A DNA stretch of 64,000 bases from Chlamydiia bacterium (GCA_963804085.1 CAWDOQ010000002.1:288001-352000), one strand, 5' to 3'; positions 8,211-19,551 are shown, numbered from the stretch's first letter. Program-made: numbers and translations. Notes: generated by a model from the sequence alone, not told the origin.

Positions 8211-10155
8211 TTTGAATTTCCCTCTCAGCTAGAAAACATTGGCACCAAGGTTAGACCATGGCTACAAACACATCAAGAATTATTTTGATCCTTTCATGGT
8301 CCTAGACACTCGGCGGAATTGGGTGATCGGGTAGGAAGCCTCCGGCCTGCATTTGCCACATATGCGCGTAGTGCCCTTTTTTGTTCAAAAGCTCCAGGTG
8401 AGATCCTTGCTCTATGATCTTCCCTTGATCGAAGACCAAAATCCGATCCATTTTGGAAAGGGTGGACAGGCGATGCGCCACCACGATCGTTGTCCGATTT
8501 GCCATCAGTTTATCTAAACTGTCTTGAATATATTTTTCTGTGACCGAATCAAGGGCTGAGGTGGCTTCATCGAGGATGAGAATCGGGGCCTTTAAAAGCA
8601 TGGCGCGGGCAATCGCAATTCTTTGTTTTTCTCCGCCAGAAAGCTTTGTCCCTCGCTCTCCGACAAGGGTGCTATATCCTTTTGCGCATTGTTTGATAAA
8701 CTCATCACAATGAGCTAGTTTTGCAGATTCGATCACCTCTTCTTTGGAAGCTTCTACTCGACCGTAGCGGATATTATCCTCTAGTGAACGATGGAAAAGG
8801 ATCGGATCTTGAGGAATGAGCGCAATGTTTCCCCGAAGAGATTCCAATGTGACAGACGCAATATCTTGCTCATCGATCAAAATCCTCCCTTTTTCAAGAG
8901 AGAAAAACCGGAGAATCAAATTGACAAAGGTCGATTTCCCTGCGCCTGAATAACCAACAAGTCCGACTTTTTCTCCAGCGCCAATCCGCAAATTTTTGTT
9001 TTGGAAAATTTTTTTCTCACCGTAGCAAAAAGAGACGTTTTCAAAGACAATCTCTCCACGCTTAATGGAGAGCTCTACAGCATGAGGGGGATCGAGCAGA
9101 TCTTGGGGATGCTGCATGACGGCGAGGGCCTGTTTTGCAATGCCAAGAGATTGAAAAAATTCGGGAGCCTTATCTCCAACCATCCAAACGATCATGCTTA
9201 AATTCCATATCGTGTAAAAGCTCTGAACAACTTCCCCTGCAGAAATTTTCCCATGCGTCCAATAAAAAATGATGAACCCCGTCAGCGTAAAAACTTCTAC
9301 AAGAAAGGCGACAGATAAAGAGGTAAACATTTTCGCAGAATAGACTTGCGCAAGGTAATTTGCTTTCTGCTCTTGCCTTTGATAGTGAGCGATGTGATCC
9401 TTTTCAAAACGGAAACGGAAGAAGAGATTTACAACAACATTGTTGGTTAAGCTATCGACGATTTTACCAACAAGAGTGCTCCTAGATTCTCCATGAAGAT
9501 AAGAGTAGTGCGCACATTTTAGAGTGAAAATCCCGCAAAGCGTAAAATGGACCACAATCCAAATCCCCACAATCAGTGCAAGGAAGGCGTTTATCTGTGA
9601 GAAAATAATAAGCGTCAAAACGCAGCTGAGAGCAGCGGGGATAAATAACATCAACGCGTTTCGCAACAATGCGCTGGTCGTCAAAACCATATCCCCAATT
9701 TTATTCGCCAAGCTCCCCGAAAAATGCTCGTTGAAGTATTTTGGAGAATGATTCTGAACGTGATCAAACATGGTCATGCGGATATCTGCTTCCAGCTTAG
9801 GAAAGGCGCGCGCCGTCAGAAAATCCCTTAAACGAAATCCACCTTCAATGAAAACCAAAGCACCCGTGAGGTGGTTGGCTTAGGCTGGACAGGTTTTAAC
9901 GAAAGTTAAGTTAAACTCTTTACCCCGTTCATTTTCTTTGGTTCTAACTGAGCATCCAAAGAGTGCTCTACTCTAAAACATCCCTTTCTCTTTTTCAACC
10001 TTTTTTCTTCTCATCCATTTCGTCTTACCCATGCCGATAGGCTGGGGGAGTTTGAGGGGGACTCCCCCTCATAAAAAAACTAAAAAACAAGTCTGCCGAG
10101 TCCAACCGAAGGGCGGCGGCGGGGGAGCGGGGGGCGGTAGCCCCCGACATGTTTT

Positions 10156-10911
10156 TCACTTCCTGTAAATCACCCCAGGTGCGACATAACCAAGCGATGA
10201 GTGCAGCCGCTCCTCGTTGTAAAAGCCAAAATACTTCTCGAGACTTCTGTGCGCGTCAAGCCCATCAACGTAGTCTCGGATGTAAACTTCTTCTTGTTTA
10301 ACTGTCCTCCAAAGGCGTTCTACCCACACATTGTCCAGAGCTCGCCCTCGGCCGTCCATGCTGATTTTTACCCCAGCTTCCAGCAGTATCCCCGTAAATT
10401 CAATACTCGTATACTGGGCGCCTTGATCTGTGTTAAACATATCGGGCGTTCCTCTCTTAAGCGCCGCTCGCAGCACTTCTCTACAAAACATCCCGTCCAG
10501 TGAGTTTGATAGCCTCCACGCAAGGACGTAGCGGCTATACCAATCGATTACTGCTGTCAGGTAGAGAAAGCCATGTCTCATTCGCAGGTAGGTAATGTCC
10601 GTGCTCCAAACCTGATTTATCCGCTCAATTTCGATCCCTCTAAGCAGGTAGGGATAGATCTTATGGCCGGGATACGGCTTGCTCAAATTGGGCTTCGGAT
10701 AAATGGCCTCAATTCCCATCCGCTTCATCAAGGTCTTGGCTAAATCCACACCCACCTCATGTCCCATTGACTTCAAGACGGCGCTAATGCGCCTCTTGCC
10801 ATAAAAGGGGCATGCCATAAAGAGCTGGTCGATCTCTCTCATCATGGCCAGATTAAACGCATCGTCAGAACACGACTCATAGTAGTAGGTGGATCTCGGC
10901 AATCCAACCAA
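10156..10911 (-). CDS. IS3 transposase OrfB (DDE/rve domain)
   Basis: WSTDITY...FNTDQGAQY...DNVWVERLWRTVKQE. Confidence 0.95.
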   Translation of the reverse strand: MVGLPRSTYYYESCSDDAFNLAMMREIDQLFMACPFYGKRRISAVLKSMGHEVGVDLAKTLMKRMGIEAIYPKPNLSKPYPGHKIYPYLLRGIEIERINQVWSTDITYLRMRHGFLYLTAVIDWYSRYVLAWRLSNSLDGMFCREVLRAALKRGTPDMFNTDQGAQYTSIEFTGILLEAGVKISMDGRGRALDNVWVERLWRTVKQEEVYIRDYVDGLDAHRSLEKYFGFYNEERLHSSLGYVAPGVIYRK

Positions 10912-10973
10912 ATCGCATTGGCGCTCAATCGTGAAATCCCGATCTCCAGGCCTAATAATGGATCTCTTCTCAT

Positions 10974-11252
10974 CTACGGAAAAAGGTCCAATTTTTTTTT
11001 AAGCCAATCCCGTTCTACTGTCACTTCACCAATCTGTCGATAGAGTTCATCGAATTTTTTTGTGTGATTTACATTCTTCTTCTGAGTGATAAACACCTCA
11101 GCAATATTCTCTAGAAGTTGCTTTTTCCACTGGGAGATCTGAACGGAATGCACCTCGTATTGAGACGCCAACTCATTCAGAGTTTTGATTTCTTTGGCAG
11201 CCTCCAAAGCTACCTTTGCCTTGAATTCTGCGCTGTGCCTTTTGCGTGTCAT
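10974..11252 (-). CDS. IS3 transposase OrfA (HTH); A9 slippery run for -1 frameshift fusion with OrfB
   Basis: [18 protein letters not shown]...ERDWLKKK; T9 at 10992-11000 on the + strand. Confidence 0.93.
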   Translation of the reverse strand: MTRKRHSAEFKAKVALEAAKEIKTLNELASQYEVHSVQISQWKKQLLENIAEVFITQKKNVNHTKKFDELYRQIGEVTVERDWLKKKLDLFP

Positions 11253-11707
11253 TTTGTTTACCCTCTATTTTTTTGTTTATAGGGGTAAAGCTTAACTTAT
11301 TTTCGCGAATTTTGTGTCCAGTTTTGGCCAACCATTTCACCCGCACCCCACATCAGAAAAATTTTTAAAAAGGGCCAAGCCAAGAAACGATCGGCATCAT
11401 AGAGTGTCAATACGTCAACGATTTTCCGAAGGAAAAATGGCCAGAACAGCATGTCGAACGACCAGATCCAGGAAAGAAGCATTATGATAGCAAATGTCCA
11501 GCGTTGCGTTCGTACAAATTTCCAAATAAAATCTATTAAATGCATAGTTCTTTCGATTTCGTATAATTTCTTGAGGGCCTACTATCTCATAATATTCTAA
11601 TATTTGCATTTGGAAACTCTTAGCCACCCACCCATAAACGATAAAGGCACTCAATCAAAGTCAATGAGTGCTTTTATTACATCACTTCATGGAGAAGGCT
11701 TCTCACT

Positions 11708-12431
11708 TTATGAACGACGTGTCTTGGAGTTTCGTTTCAGCCAACAATAGATGAAAACAAAAGGGATGAGGATCCAAGAAATTAAGCTAAGTTTCTGATC
11801 AATGGGGTAGGGCTCCATGAATCCGACGGCTCCATAGTAGCCAAAAAAGAGTAGAATATTTGCAGAGAGAAAAGCCCATTGCCCCGCTTTGCTATTGATT
11901 CTGAGAACTTTGCAAGCACGAGGCGCTTCGGTAATAAGCATGCGGTGAAATCCCCAAAGAGCAAAAAAGAGTTCCCGGAATAGCCACAACCCATGGCGAT
12001 AGGCCAGTAGCATAAAGAAAGTGATAAACGTCCCCATGCTGAGTAAAAGATCGAATGGGGATATAGGCATATGTTTCGCAAATTTCAATTAGAGTAAACC
12101 AATACATAAAGGCAAACACCCATCGATTAGACCTCTTTTGAAGCAGTCTTAAGCCTATCAGAAAGAGTAGAGCTTGCAATAGAAGAGGGGCAATGGCAAT
12201 AACTGCCATGATTCCCGGTTTTCCATCTGCCAATATCTGTTCATAAGGAACAGCTTCGTCGATATCCCACAATGTAAACCAGTTAGAACCGTAATGAATA
12301 GCGAAGGGAGAACTTTTATAGCCGGTCAGCCATGCGACTGCGCCATGTGTCCACTCGTGAATGTAGACAGCGCTATGGTGAGCTATCCACAAGATTGCAA
12401 GGAGAGCGAAGAGAAAGTAAAGGCGTTTCAT
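11708..12431 (-). pseudogene. HEXXH membrane protein (M50-like), split by one frameshift
   Basis: HEWTH motif; the two overlapping ORFs join as GTLF-ALWGFHR if one T is removed from the T6 run at 11963-11968. May be an assembly error. Confidence 0.7.
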
Positions 12432-12503
12432 TAGTATTCAGAATTGGAAATTTCAGTTGTTCGATTTTACCGAGCAACTGATTAAACTTCATCTACAAGG
12501 TGA

Positions 12504-13016
12504 TTAGAGAGAACAGCAACAACAAGACCCGAAAAGGAAAAGTTCTTCGAATTTCACTGGTCGAGTTAAGTTTGTTGGAGGATTATTGTCTATCCTTATG
12601 GATCCGATTACCTGTCTGGTGTCCATGATCACTTTATGATAGAGAGCACTGGCCATACGTAGAGGCATATCGAAAACGGTGGCAATTGTTCCACCCGCAA
12701 TCGACACATACTTCAGCGTCAAATTTCCCGTATCCTCCCTGCAACACACGATAACGATTAGGGGTAAAGCTGCGAGGAGAGAGAAGGCAAGGCGGACGGC
12801 TGCTTCTGCAAGCGCTGCGACGCAAAGTGCAGGATAGGCTAAGAGTCCAACCACTCTTCTTCCAAAGCTCTCTAAATAGTCCATGTTCTTGAAGACGTTA
12901 CCGTTATCCTCTGCCTTTGGATTCATGAAATCATCTGTAAGAGAGACCATGGCATGGTAAGCAAGTGGAAATGCAAAATAATTTTTTGCTGCTTCTGTTC
13001 CCAGGGGTAATGACAT
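12504..13016 (-). CDS. Inc-like membrane protein ending in CCCCSL
   Basis: Long bilobed hydrophobic segment VVGLLAYPALCVAALAEAAVRLAFSLLAALPLIVIVCC; Cys-rich CaaX-like tail. Confidence 0.65.
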   Translation of the reverse strand: MSLPLGTEAAKNYFAFPLAYHAMVSLTDDFMNPKAEDNGNVFKNMDYLESFGRRVVGLLAYPALCVAALAEAAVRLAFSLLAALPLIVIVCCREDTGNLTLKYVSIAGGTIATVFDMPLRMASALYHKVIMDTRQVIGSIRIDNNPPTNLTRPVKFEELFLFGSCCCCSL

Positions 13017-13159
13017 ATGAATCCTACGATAGTTGGTTTTTTAAGGATTTTCATCATATCAATTTTATAAAATTAACTCAATGATTTATTGTTTAAATTC
13101 ATAGCTATATATTTAAATTAATAATTTATAAAAGAATTGAGTGTTTCTTATTAAAAGGC

Positions 13160-13445
13160 TAGGGAACTCGAGTCCCGCACGCGACACAAACTTTTGAGTC
13201 GCTTCCGAGCAAAAAAAATACCTGGCTGATGCCAGGTTGGAGCGGGATTTCCCTCACGGCCGCTAGCGGCCTCCGGGATGGCAGTCCGGCAGCATGCAGG
13301 CTGCCGCACTCGAATCCCACACGCGACACAAACTATCCTCAAGCGGGATTTCCCTCGCGGCGCATTCGCGCCTCCGGGACGGCGGTTCCCCAGCACAAGG
13401 CTGGGGAACTCGAATCCCACGCGCAAGCCACACTGTGGCTTGCTT
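13160..13445. repeat. Imperfect ~101-bp structured tandem repeats downstream of tRNA-Leu
   Basis: AGCGGGATTTCCCTC at 13241 and 13342; CTCGARTCCCRC at about 13167, 13309 and 13408. Confidence 0.8.
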
Positions 13446-13468
13446 CCAGCGCAAATTTTTTCAAAATT

Positions 13469-13551
13469 TGCTCGGAGCGGGACTCGAACCCGCACGGGAT
13501 TGCTCCCAAGAGATTTTAAGTCTCTAGTGTCTACCGTTCCACCATCCAAGC
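13469..13551 (-). tRNA. tRNA-Leu (TAA)
   Basis: GCTTGGATGGTGGAACGGTAGACACTAGAGAC-TTAAAA-TCTCT...GGGTTCGAGTCCCGCTCCGAGCA; long variable arm; CCA not encoded. Confidence 0.96.
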
Positions 13552-13624
13552 AAAAAGATGTATAAATGCTCTCGCTACTGCGTTTAAGCAATAGCGAGAG
13601 TGTATGTTGTGTAAGGGATAAAAT

Positions 13625-14476
13625 TCAAGAAAAGCTGCTTCCAAAAGGAGGCGGCATTTGGCCGAGGAATGACAGGCTACCTTCATAGGAATGGGTAGTC
13701 GTGGTCATGCGGCTCAGGTGGCTGCCACCAGATCCGGAAGATCCATCTTCGTCATCATCATCTTCTTTGCGGCTCATCTCTTCTTCTTCTTCATCTTCAT
13801 CTTCGATTAGCGGCTTGGGAAGAATATCTCTTTCAGAAAGTGCTGTATCTTTGTCTTTATACCTGCCGATCGTCTCTGAGATAAGAGTGGTGGGTGGAGG
13901 GATAAGTGTACTGAATATAGATGATGAAACTTGCGCTTCATCACTCTTACCACCTCCTTGTTCTGTTGTCTCAGCTTCTGCTTGTTGTTCTTCTCCCTGA
14001 GCTCTGGGTCTCTCTTGCCATCTCTGGCCTTCTGGCGGCTGACGCTCATCGGAGGATCTGCCCCCACGGCGGCGGCGGTGTCTACGGTCGCGTCTTCTTT
14101 CAGGGCGTCCTTCTGATGGAGCTCCTGGCTCGCCCTCTTGGCCCGCTTCTTCAACAGCTTCTTCTTTCTCTTCGCGCTGTGCTCTAACGGGTGCTTCTCT
14201 TCCTCCTCCAATCTTAATGGAGCGCTCTACTTGGGCGTTTTTCAAGGCGACGCGTGTCTCCTTGACTTCTACGATCTCGTAGTCGCTCACTGGCACTAAA
14301 AAGGATTTGGGTCTTTCTGTAGAGCGGAAGAAAAAGGAGTGGCCAAATGAGACCACTTCTATTGAGTCTACTAAGTACTCTTCTTGGCTCTCCCCTTTGC
14401 TACTGCGTACGGAAAGTTTAAAACCCTCCTTGGGGGTAATGATCGTTTCTATGATAGGTTCTCTTGTAAAATTCAC
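13625..14476 (-). CDS. grgA: Chlamydial transcription factor GrgA (CT504-like)
   Basis: N-terminus MNFTREPIIETIITPKEGFKLSVR, basic RRR segment, position next to gapA as in Chlamydia. Confidence 0.8.
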   Translation of the reverse strand: MNFTREPIIETIITPKEGFKLSVRSSKGESQEEYLVDSIEVVSFGHSFFFRSTERPKSFLVPVSDYEIVEVKETRVALKNAQVERSIKIGGGREAPVRAQREEKEEAVEEAGQEGEPGAPSEGRPERRRDRRHRRRRGGRSSDERQPPEGQRWQERPRAQGEEQQAEAETTEQGGGKSDEAQVSSSIFSTLIPPPTTLISETIGRYKDKDTALSERDILPKPLIEDEDEEEEEMSRKEDDDDEDGSSGSGGSHLSRMTTTTHSYEGSLSFLGQMPPPFGSSFS

Positions 14477-14503
14477 TGAATTTGTCCATGGTTTAGGAGT
14501 TTT

Positions 14504-15520
14504 TTATTTTTTTTCTTTTGACGCCATATATTCTAAAAGATCGGCTACACGATGTGCATATCCCATTTCGTTATCGTACCAAGCGATCAGCTTATAGAAT
14601 CGGCTGTTCAAGGCTATCCCAGCACCCTTATCAAAAATGCAGGATGCGGTGTCGCCTATAAAATCGGAAGAGACTACCTCTTCGTCACAATATTCGAGGA
14701 TACCCTTCATGGGGCCGTCGGCTGCTTGTTTCATAGCCTCACAGATGGCCTCATACGAGGTGTCCTTACTTAATCTCACTGTTAAATCGACGACAGAAAC
14801 GTCTGTCGTTGGAATGCGAAATGCCATTCCGGTTAATTTGCCCTTAACCTCCGGCAAGCACAAGGCAACTGCCTTTGCCGCTCCGGTAGAGGAAGGGATG
14901 ATATTCACACTAGCTGCTCTTCCACCTCGCCAGTCTTTTTTCGATGGTCCATCTACACTGGGCTGCGAGGCAGTAAGAGAATGAATTGTGCTCATAAGCC
15001 CCTCTTCAATACCAAAGTTGTCTAACAAGACTTTGGTAAGAGGAGCTAAGCAATTGGTGGTGCAAGAAGCATTGGAAAGAACAAAGTCTTTCTTGGGATC
15101 ATACTTCTGATGGTTAACTCCCATCACATAGGTCGGCACCTCTCCTTTGGCAGGAGCGGTGATCATGACTCTTTTTGCTCCTGCTTCAATGTGCTTGTGG
15201 GCATCATGAGCAGTTGTAAAAAGGCCGGTAGATTCTACAACGTATTCAATTCCGAGTTCCTTCCAAGGTAGTTTGGCAGGATCTTTTTCGGAAAAAACAC
15301 GTGTTTTCTTGCCGCCTGCGATAAGCATATCGCCTTCGGCTTTTACTGAAAATTTGGGTTTGCGATGAATAGAGTCGTGCTTTAACAGATAGGCTAAGTT
15401 ATCTGCAGGAACGACGTCGTTAACTGCAACTATATCTAGATCGGGATACTTCTCTCGGATAATCCTAAAAACTAGGCGGCCAATACGGCCAAATCCATTA
15501 ATCGCAACCTTGATGGGCAT
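14504..15520 (-). CDS. gapA: Glyceraldehyde-3-phosphate dehydrogenase
   Basis: [29 protein letters not shown]. Confidence 0.98.
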   Translation of the reverse strand: MPIKVAINGFGRIGRLVFRIIREKYPDLDIVAVNDVVPADNLAYLLKHDSIHRKPKFSVKAEGDMLIAGGKKTRVFSEKDPAKLPWKELGIEYVVESTGLFTTAHDAHKHIEAGAKRVMITAPAKGEVPTYVMGVNHQKYDPKKDFVLSNASCTTNCLAPLTKVLLDNFGIEEGLMSTIHSLTASQPSVDGPSKKDWRGGRAASVNIIPSSTGAAKAVALCLPEVKGKLTGMAFRIPTTDVSVVDLTVRLSKDTSYEAICEAMKQAADGPMKGILEYCDEEVVSSDFIGDTASCIFDKGAGIALNSRFYKLIAWYDNEMGYAHRVADLLEYMASKEKK

Positions 15521-15611
15521 AAGCGTTAAGCTCTCCTCAAGTAAAGCCTCATCATAAAGGAAAAAGTGGGTAAAGTAAAGAGGGAATAAAAGGTTCTACT
15601 CTTCTTATATT

Positions 15612-15688
15612 CGTGCCTGTGCCCGTGCCTCTGCCTGTGCCCGATCCGGATTAATTCGGGCAAGGGCACGGGCAGGGGCACGGGCACG
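15612..15688. repeat. Palindrome built from 6-mer repeats (YGTGCC)n / (GGCACG)n
   Basis: Five hexamer units per arm, in the rplQ-gapA spacer. Confidence 0.85.
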
Positions 15689-15691
15689 TTT

Positions 15692-16120
15692 TTATTGAGG
15701 CAAATACTCAATGAAACAGGAAGGGGCATTATCCCCGACGCGGTTCTCTTTTTTGATGATACGGGTATATCCGCCGTTTCTTGTAGCAAAGCGAGCAGAC
15801 AGATCGCCAAAAAGTTTACCAAGCACCTTACGGTCAGTATTATAGGAAGAAAGATCGCCCTTCTTCACGGCTTTCGCCTCTTTTGGCGTCAGCTTATTGT
15901 AGGTAAGCATAAGCTCTGCGCTAGCTTGTCTTTTGCTAGCCAGTGTGTTCTTCTTTGCCAGCGTGATCATGTGATCTGCATGGCGTCTTAACTCTTTTGC
16001 TTTTCTCTCTGTCGTCTCAATTCTCTCATGCTCAATCAAAGATTTGAGCATGTTAGCGATCATACAACGACGATGGGAAGCGGTTCTTCCAATTTTAAAT
16101 GTGTCTTTTCCGTGTCTCAT
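15692..16120 (-). CDS. rplQ: 50S ribosomal protein L17
   Basis: MRHGK...[16 protein letters not shown]. Confidence 0.97.
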   Translation of the reverse strand: MRHGKDTFKIGRTASHRRCMIANMLKSLIEHERIETTERKAKELRRHADHMITLAKKNTLASKRQASAELMLTYNKLTPKEAKAVKKGDLSSYNTDRKVLGKLFGDLSARFATRNGGYTRIIKKENRVGDNAPSCFIEYLPQ

Positions 16121-17217
16121 GTTGTTTCGGCACCCTGTTTTGCACTGATGTATTCTGCCATCACCTCTTTGACATTGTCACGGGTGATACCCAATTTACT
16201 GAGGTCCATGCCAAGAGCTAAGCCCATCTCTTCGAGCTTCGCTTTGATCTCGTTCAAAGACTTTTTGCCGAAATTTCTAAATTTGAGCATTTCGGACTCA
16301 GGCATAACGACGAGCTCTGCAATCGTGTCGATATTAGCACCAGCTAAGCAGTTGGTTGAACGGACAGAAAGTTCGATTTCGTTAATTTTAAGAGCGAGTT
16401 TAGCAAGGATAGTATCGCGGTCTGTATCGAGCGTCTCTTCTGTTTGCTCAAATGTGATAGGCTGGAACTTGAGCTGCTCGAAGACTTGGAAGTGGAGAAC
16501 GCCAATCTGCACCGCAAAAGAGAGAGCCTCTTCAGGTGTGATGCGTCCATCTGTTGTGACTTCCAAAATAAGACGGTCGTAGTCGGTATCTTGACCAACG
16601 CGTGTGTTCTCGACAAAGTAGTTGACGAGGCGAACGGGAGAAAATGCAGCATCAATGAGAATCTCATCGACAGATTTATCGGTCATCTCTTGTCTTTCAG
16701 AAGAGAGGAAGCCGCGGCCCATTGCCACTTTGAGGATGACTTTGCGTGTCATCGGCTTTGTTACGTTAAAGATGACATGCTCAGGATTGACGATGTCATA
16801 ATCAGTTTTACCGAAAAGATCTTTGAGTGTTACGGCATATTGCCCGCCGTTTTTATCAAGCATATCACCGTTGATGTCCAAAAGTGTGGAGATCTGTTTG
16901 GTGTCGCGTGCACGTGGCTCTTCATCGGTTGGGAGCTTGCGTAGAAGCGCTGTTTTTAAATTCAGAATGATTTGGGTCATATCTTCGATAATGCCCTCGA
17001 TCGCCATGTACTCGTGAGAGACGCCTTCGATTTTCACGGAGACGATCGCAGGAGACTCCATAGAGTTCAACATGACGCGTCGTAATGCATTACCGACCGT
17101 GTGGCCATAGCCTCTTTCAAAAGGTTCGGCTATAAAGCGATTAAAATTTGGTTTTTTATCGCTCTCTTCGACTTTAATTTTACTCGGCAATTCAAATTTG
17201 CCATATTTCACTACCAT
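16117..17217 (-). CDS. rpoA: RNA polymerase subunit alpha
   Basis: [37 protein letters not shown]. Confidence 0.98.
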   Translation of the reverse strand: MVVKYGKFELPSKIKVEESDKKPNFNRFIAEPFERGYGHTVGNALRRVMLNSMESPAIVSVKIEGVSHEYMAIEGIIEDMTQIILNLKTALLRKLPTDEEPRARDTKQISTLLDINGDMLDKNGGQYAVTLKDLFGKTDYDIVNPEHVIFNVTKPMTRKVILKVAMGRGFLSSERQEMTDKSVDEILIDAAFSPVRLVNYFVENTRVGQDTDYDRLILEVTTDGRITPEEALSFAVQIGVLHFQVFEQLKFQPITFEQTEETLDTDRDTILAKLALKINEIELSVRSTNCLAGANIDTIAELVVMPESEMLKFRNFGKKSLNEIKAKLEEMGLALGMDLSKLGITRDNVKEVMAEYISAKQGAETT

Positions 17218-17238
17218 GACTGCTCTCCTATGAATTTG

Positions 17239-17661
17239 TTATACACGGCGCCTTTTTCGAGCACGGCAGCCGTTGTGTGGCACGGGTGTTTCATCGCGTA
17301 TGATAGTGATCATCAAGCCAGAGCTCTGCAGACCGCGTACTGCGGACTCGCGTCCTGCTCCAGGCCCTTTTAGATTCACTTCTACTTCTTTCATCCCCGC
17401 CGCGTTCATCGCGGTTTTTGCAGCGTCTTGTGCTGCAACTGTCGCTGCAAAAGCAGACGATTTGCGCGAGCCGGAAAAGTTGACTTTACCTGCAGATGCC
17501 CAAGAGATGACATTTCCTGACAGGTCTGTGATCGAGACGATCGTGTTGTTAAACGTGGACTTCACATGGACGATTCCCGCAGGAACAACACGCGCCACTT
17601 TTTTTCTAACTTTTGTGACAGGCTTTTTTACAATATTCTTTTCTGGTTCTTGCTTTGCCAA
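17239..17661 (-). CDS. rpsK: 30S ribosomal protein S11
   Basis: [28 protein letters not shown]. Confidence 0.97.
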   Translation of the reverse strand: MAKQEPEKNIVKKPVTKVRKKVARVVPAGIVHVKSTFNNTIVSITDLSGNVISWASAGKVNFSGSRKSSAFAATVAAQDAAKTAMNAAGMKEVEVNLKGPGAGRESAVRGLQSSGLMITIIRDETPVPHNGCRARKRRRV

Positions 17662-17689
17662 GGTTCTTCTCCTTACCTGTTCCTAATGA

Positions 17690-18058
17690 TTATTTTTTCT
17701 TGCCAGCAACTGTTTTTCTCTTACCTTTGCGCGTTCTTGAATTCGAACGTGTTCTCTGCCCTCTCACTGGGAGGCCGAGACGGTGGCGCATACCTCTATA
17801 GGCATGGATGCTGATCAATCGTTTGATGTTATTTTGAATTTGACGGCGCAAATCTCCCTCAACAACATATTGAGACTGGAGGAGGGCATTGAGTTTTGCG
17901 ATATCATCTTCAGTTAAATCGTGGGCTTTCATATTGGGATTGAGTCCCAATTTAGCAATGACTTCGTTTGAAACGCGTCTGCCGACTCCATAAATGTAGG
18001 TCAGGCTGATCTCTAAGCGCTTTTTCTCGGGGATGTCTATTCCAATCACTCTAGGCAT
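17690..18058 (-). CDS. rpsM: 30S ribosomal protein S13
   Basis: [25 protein letters not shown]. Confidence 0.97.
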   Translation of the reverse strand: MPRVIGIDIPEKKRLEISLTYIYGVGRRVSNEVIAKLGLNPNMKAHDLTEDDIAKLNALLQSQYVVEGDLRRQIQNNIKRLISIHAYRGMRHRLGLPVRGQRTRSNSRTRKGKRKTVAGKKK

Positions 18059-18163
18059 GTGTAGGCTTTCCTTCTTCGCTGTTTAAAAGGGTGCTAGAAA
18101 ATTTATCAGATGCTTCGTTAAACCACAAGGGCTTATCTGTTGCACTTGAGTTAAATTAATTTC

Positions 18164-19528
18164 TTACCGTACTTTCGCCCTCTTCATGAACCCTTCGTAA
18201 CGCTTCATGAGGAGGTGGGACTCGATCTGCTTAGTTGTATCGAGCACGACACCAACTAAAATCAGAAGGGAGGTCCCTCCAAAAAAATAACTAATATTAG
18301 CATCTACGCCGATGAGCTTGCCGACCAACGTCGGTAAAATAGCGATAAAAGCGAGAAAAACTGCTCCGGCTAGCGTGATGCGATTCATCGTCTCTTCTAA
18401 ATAATCTTGTGTGGGTTTGCCCTGTCTGATCCCGGGAATGAACGCGCCATTCTTTTTCATGTCGGAGGCGATCTGTTCGGGATGGAATTGGGTGGCTGTC
18501 CAAAAATAGGTGAAAAAAAGGATGAGTAGAACATAAGCCGCTGTATAGGCCCAATTGCCAGGCGAAAGCAGGCTTGCAAATTGTCCCAGCCAGTTGCCGG
18601 TACCCAAAAATTGAGCAAGGGTTGCAGGAAACATCAGAAGCGAGGAGGCAAAGATTACAGGTATTACGCCGGCATAGTTGATTTTCAAGGGAATATAGGC
18701 ATTGGCCCGTGTATTTTCCTCTTGCCCAATGCTACGGCGCGCATATTGGAGCGGAATCTTTCTCTGTCCCTGGATGATGAGAATGGTGCCTACGATGATC
18801 AAGACAAAGACACCGCTCAGTACGACAAGGGAGGAAAAAGAGAGCTGCCCAGGCTCCTGAGAGTCTAAGTTGAGTTGTTTGATGATCGAACCAAGTGTTG
18901 TTGGAAGTGAGGAGAGAATGCCTAGTGTGATGATAAGGCTAATGCCATTTCCTACTCCCTTCTCGCTTATCTGCTCTCCTACCCACATCAAAAAGATAGT
19001 GCCGGCTGTCATGGTGCACATAACGAGGAGAAAAAAGAGCCAGGGTATTCCAAATGCTTGTACGTCGATGAGTTCGCTGACGATGATTCCAGGATTGCCT
19101 GCGTTCAGCTGTACAGCATATTTGGCAAAGAGTCCTGATTGAAAAAAGGCTAAAATGACTGTGAGGAAGCGAATCCATTTGCTGAGTTTTCTTCGGCCTA
19201 CATCGCTATTTTCTTTCATCTCGCGCTGTAAAGATGGCACGAGCGCAACCATAAGCTGCATGATGATAGAGGCTGAGATGTAAGGCATGACGCCCAAGGC
19301 AATTACGGTCATCTGGGCAAAGGCTCCGCCCGAAAAGACGTCCATAAGCTGGAATAGGTTTTGTCCACCGCCAGTTGCATGACGGAAGAGGTCTACTGCT
19401 GCTTGACCATTGATACCAGGAACCGGGATGTGCGCACCAATACGGCAGACGACCAACATCAGGAGCGTAAAGACAATTTTTGCCTTGAGCTCAGAAATGG
19501 ATAAAATGCGCCTGAGTCCTTCGATCAT
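18164..19528 (-). CDS. secY: Preprotein translocase SecY
   Basis: [42 protein letters not shown]. Confidence 0.98.
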   Translation of the reverse strand: MIEGLRRILSISELKAKIVFTLLMLVVCRIGAHIPVPGINGQAAVDLFRHATGGGQNLFQLMDVFSGGAFAQMTVIALGVMPYISASIIMQLMVALVPSLQREMKENSDVGRRKLSKWIRFLTVILAFFQSGLFAKYAVQLNAGNPGIIVSELIDVQAFGIPWLFFLLVMCTMTAGTIFLMWVGEQISEKGVGNGISLIITLGILSSLPTTLGSIIKQLNLDSQEPGQLSFSSLVVLSGVFVLIIVGTILIIQGQRKIPLQYARRSIGQEENTRANAYIPLKINYAGVIPVIFASSLLMFPATLAQFLGTGNWLGQFASLLSPGNWAYTAAYVLLILFFTYFWTATQFHPEQIASDMKKNGAFIPGIRQGKPTQDYLEETMNRITLAGAVFLAFIAILPTLVGKLIGVDANISYFFGGTSLLILVGVVLDTTKQIESHLLMKRYEGFMKRAKVR

Positions 19529-19551
19529 CGTTTGCCTTTAAATTTTTCTTG

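Larger units (their letters stand above)
9867..11339 (-). mobile_element. IS3-family insertion sequence (1473 bp) with 4-bp target duplication CCCG
   Basis: TG...CA ends; imperfect terminal inverted repeats TGAGGTGGTTGGCTTAGGCTGGACA / TGAAATGGTTGGCCAAAACTGGACA; CCCG at 9863-9866 and 11340-11343. Confidence 0.95.
8302..11545 (-). pseudogene. ABC exporter (fused permease/ATPase) interrupted by IS3
   Basis: Walker A GYSGAGKST, LSGGEKQR, ILDEATSALD. Removing 9867-11339 plus one CCCG copy restores the frame ...MWGAG-ALVFIEGG... (588 aa). Confidence 0.92.

Noticed and set aside
8302-11545. Exporter for the NHLP peptide
   Set aside because: It has no N-terminal C39 peptidase domain, lies ~38 kb away, and is IS-disrupted.
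11644-11674. CIRCE (HrcA) operator
   Set aside because: The GCACTC...GAGTGC arms are 13 nt apart rather than 9 and lack TTA/TAA ends; more likely a terminator hairpin.
1-13150. Prophage or integrative element at tRNA-Leu
   Set aside because: No integrase, phage structural genes or exact att duplication are visible; better described as a plasticity zone.
13160-13445. CRISPR array
   Set aside because: Only 2-3 long degenerate units, no constant repeat with unique spacers, and no cas genes.
13151-13591. 146-aa ORF over the tRNA
   Set aside because: A shadow frame across the tRNA and its downstream repeats.
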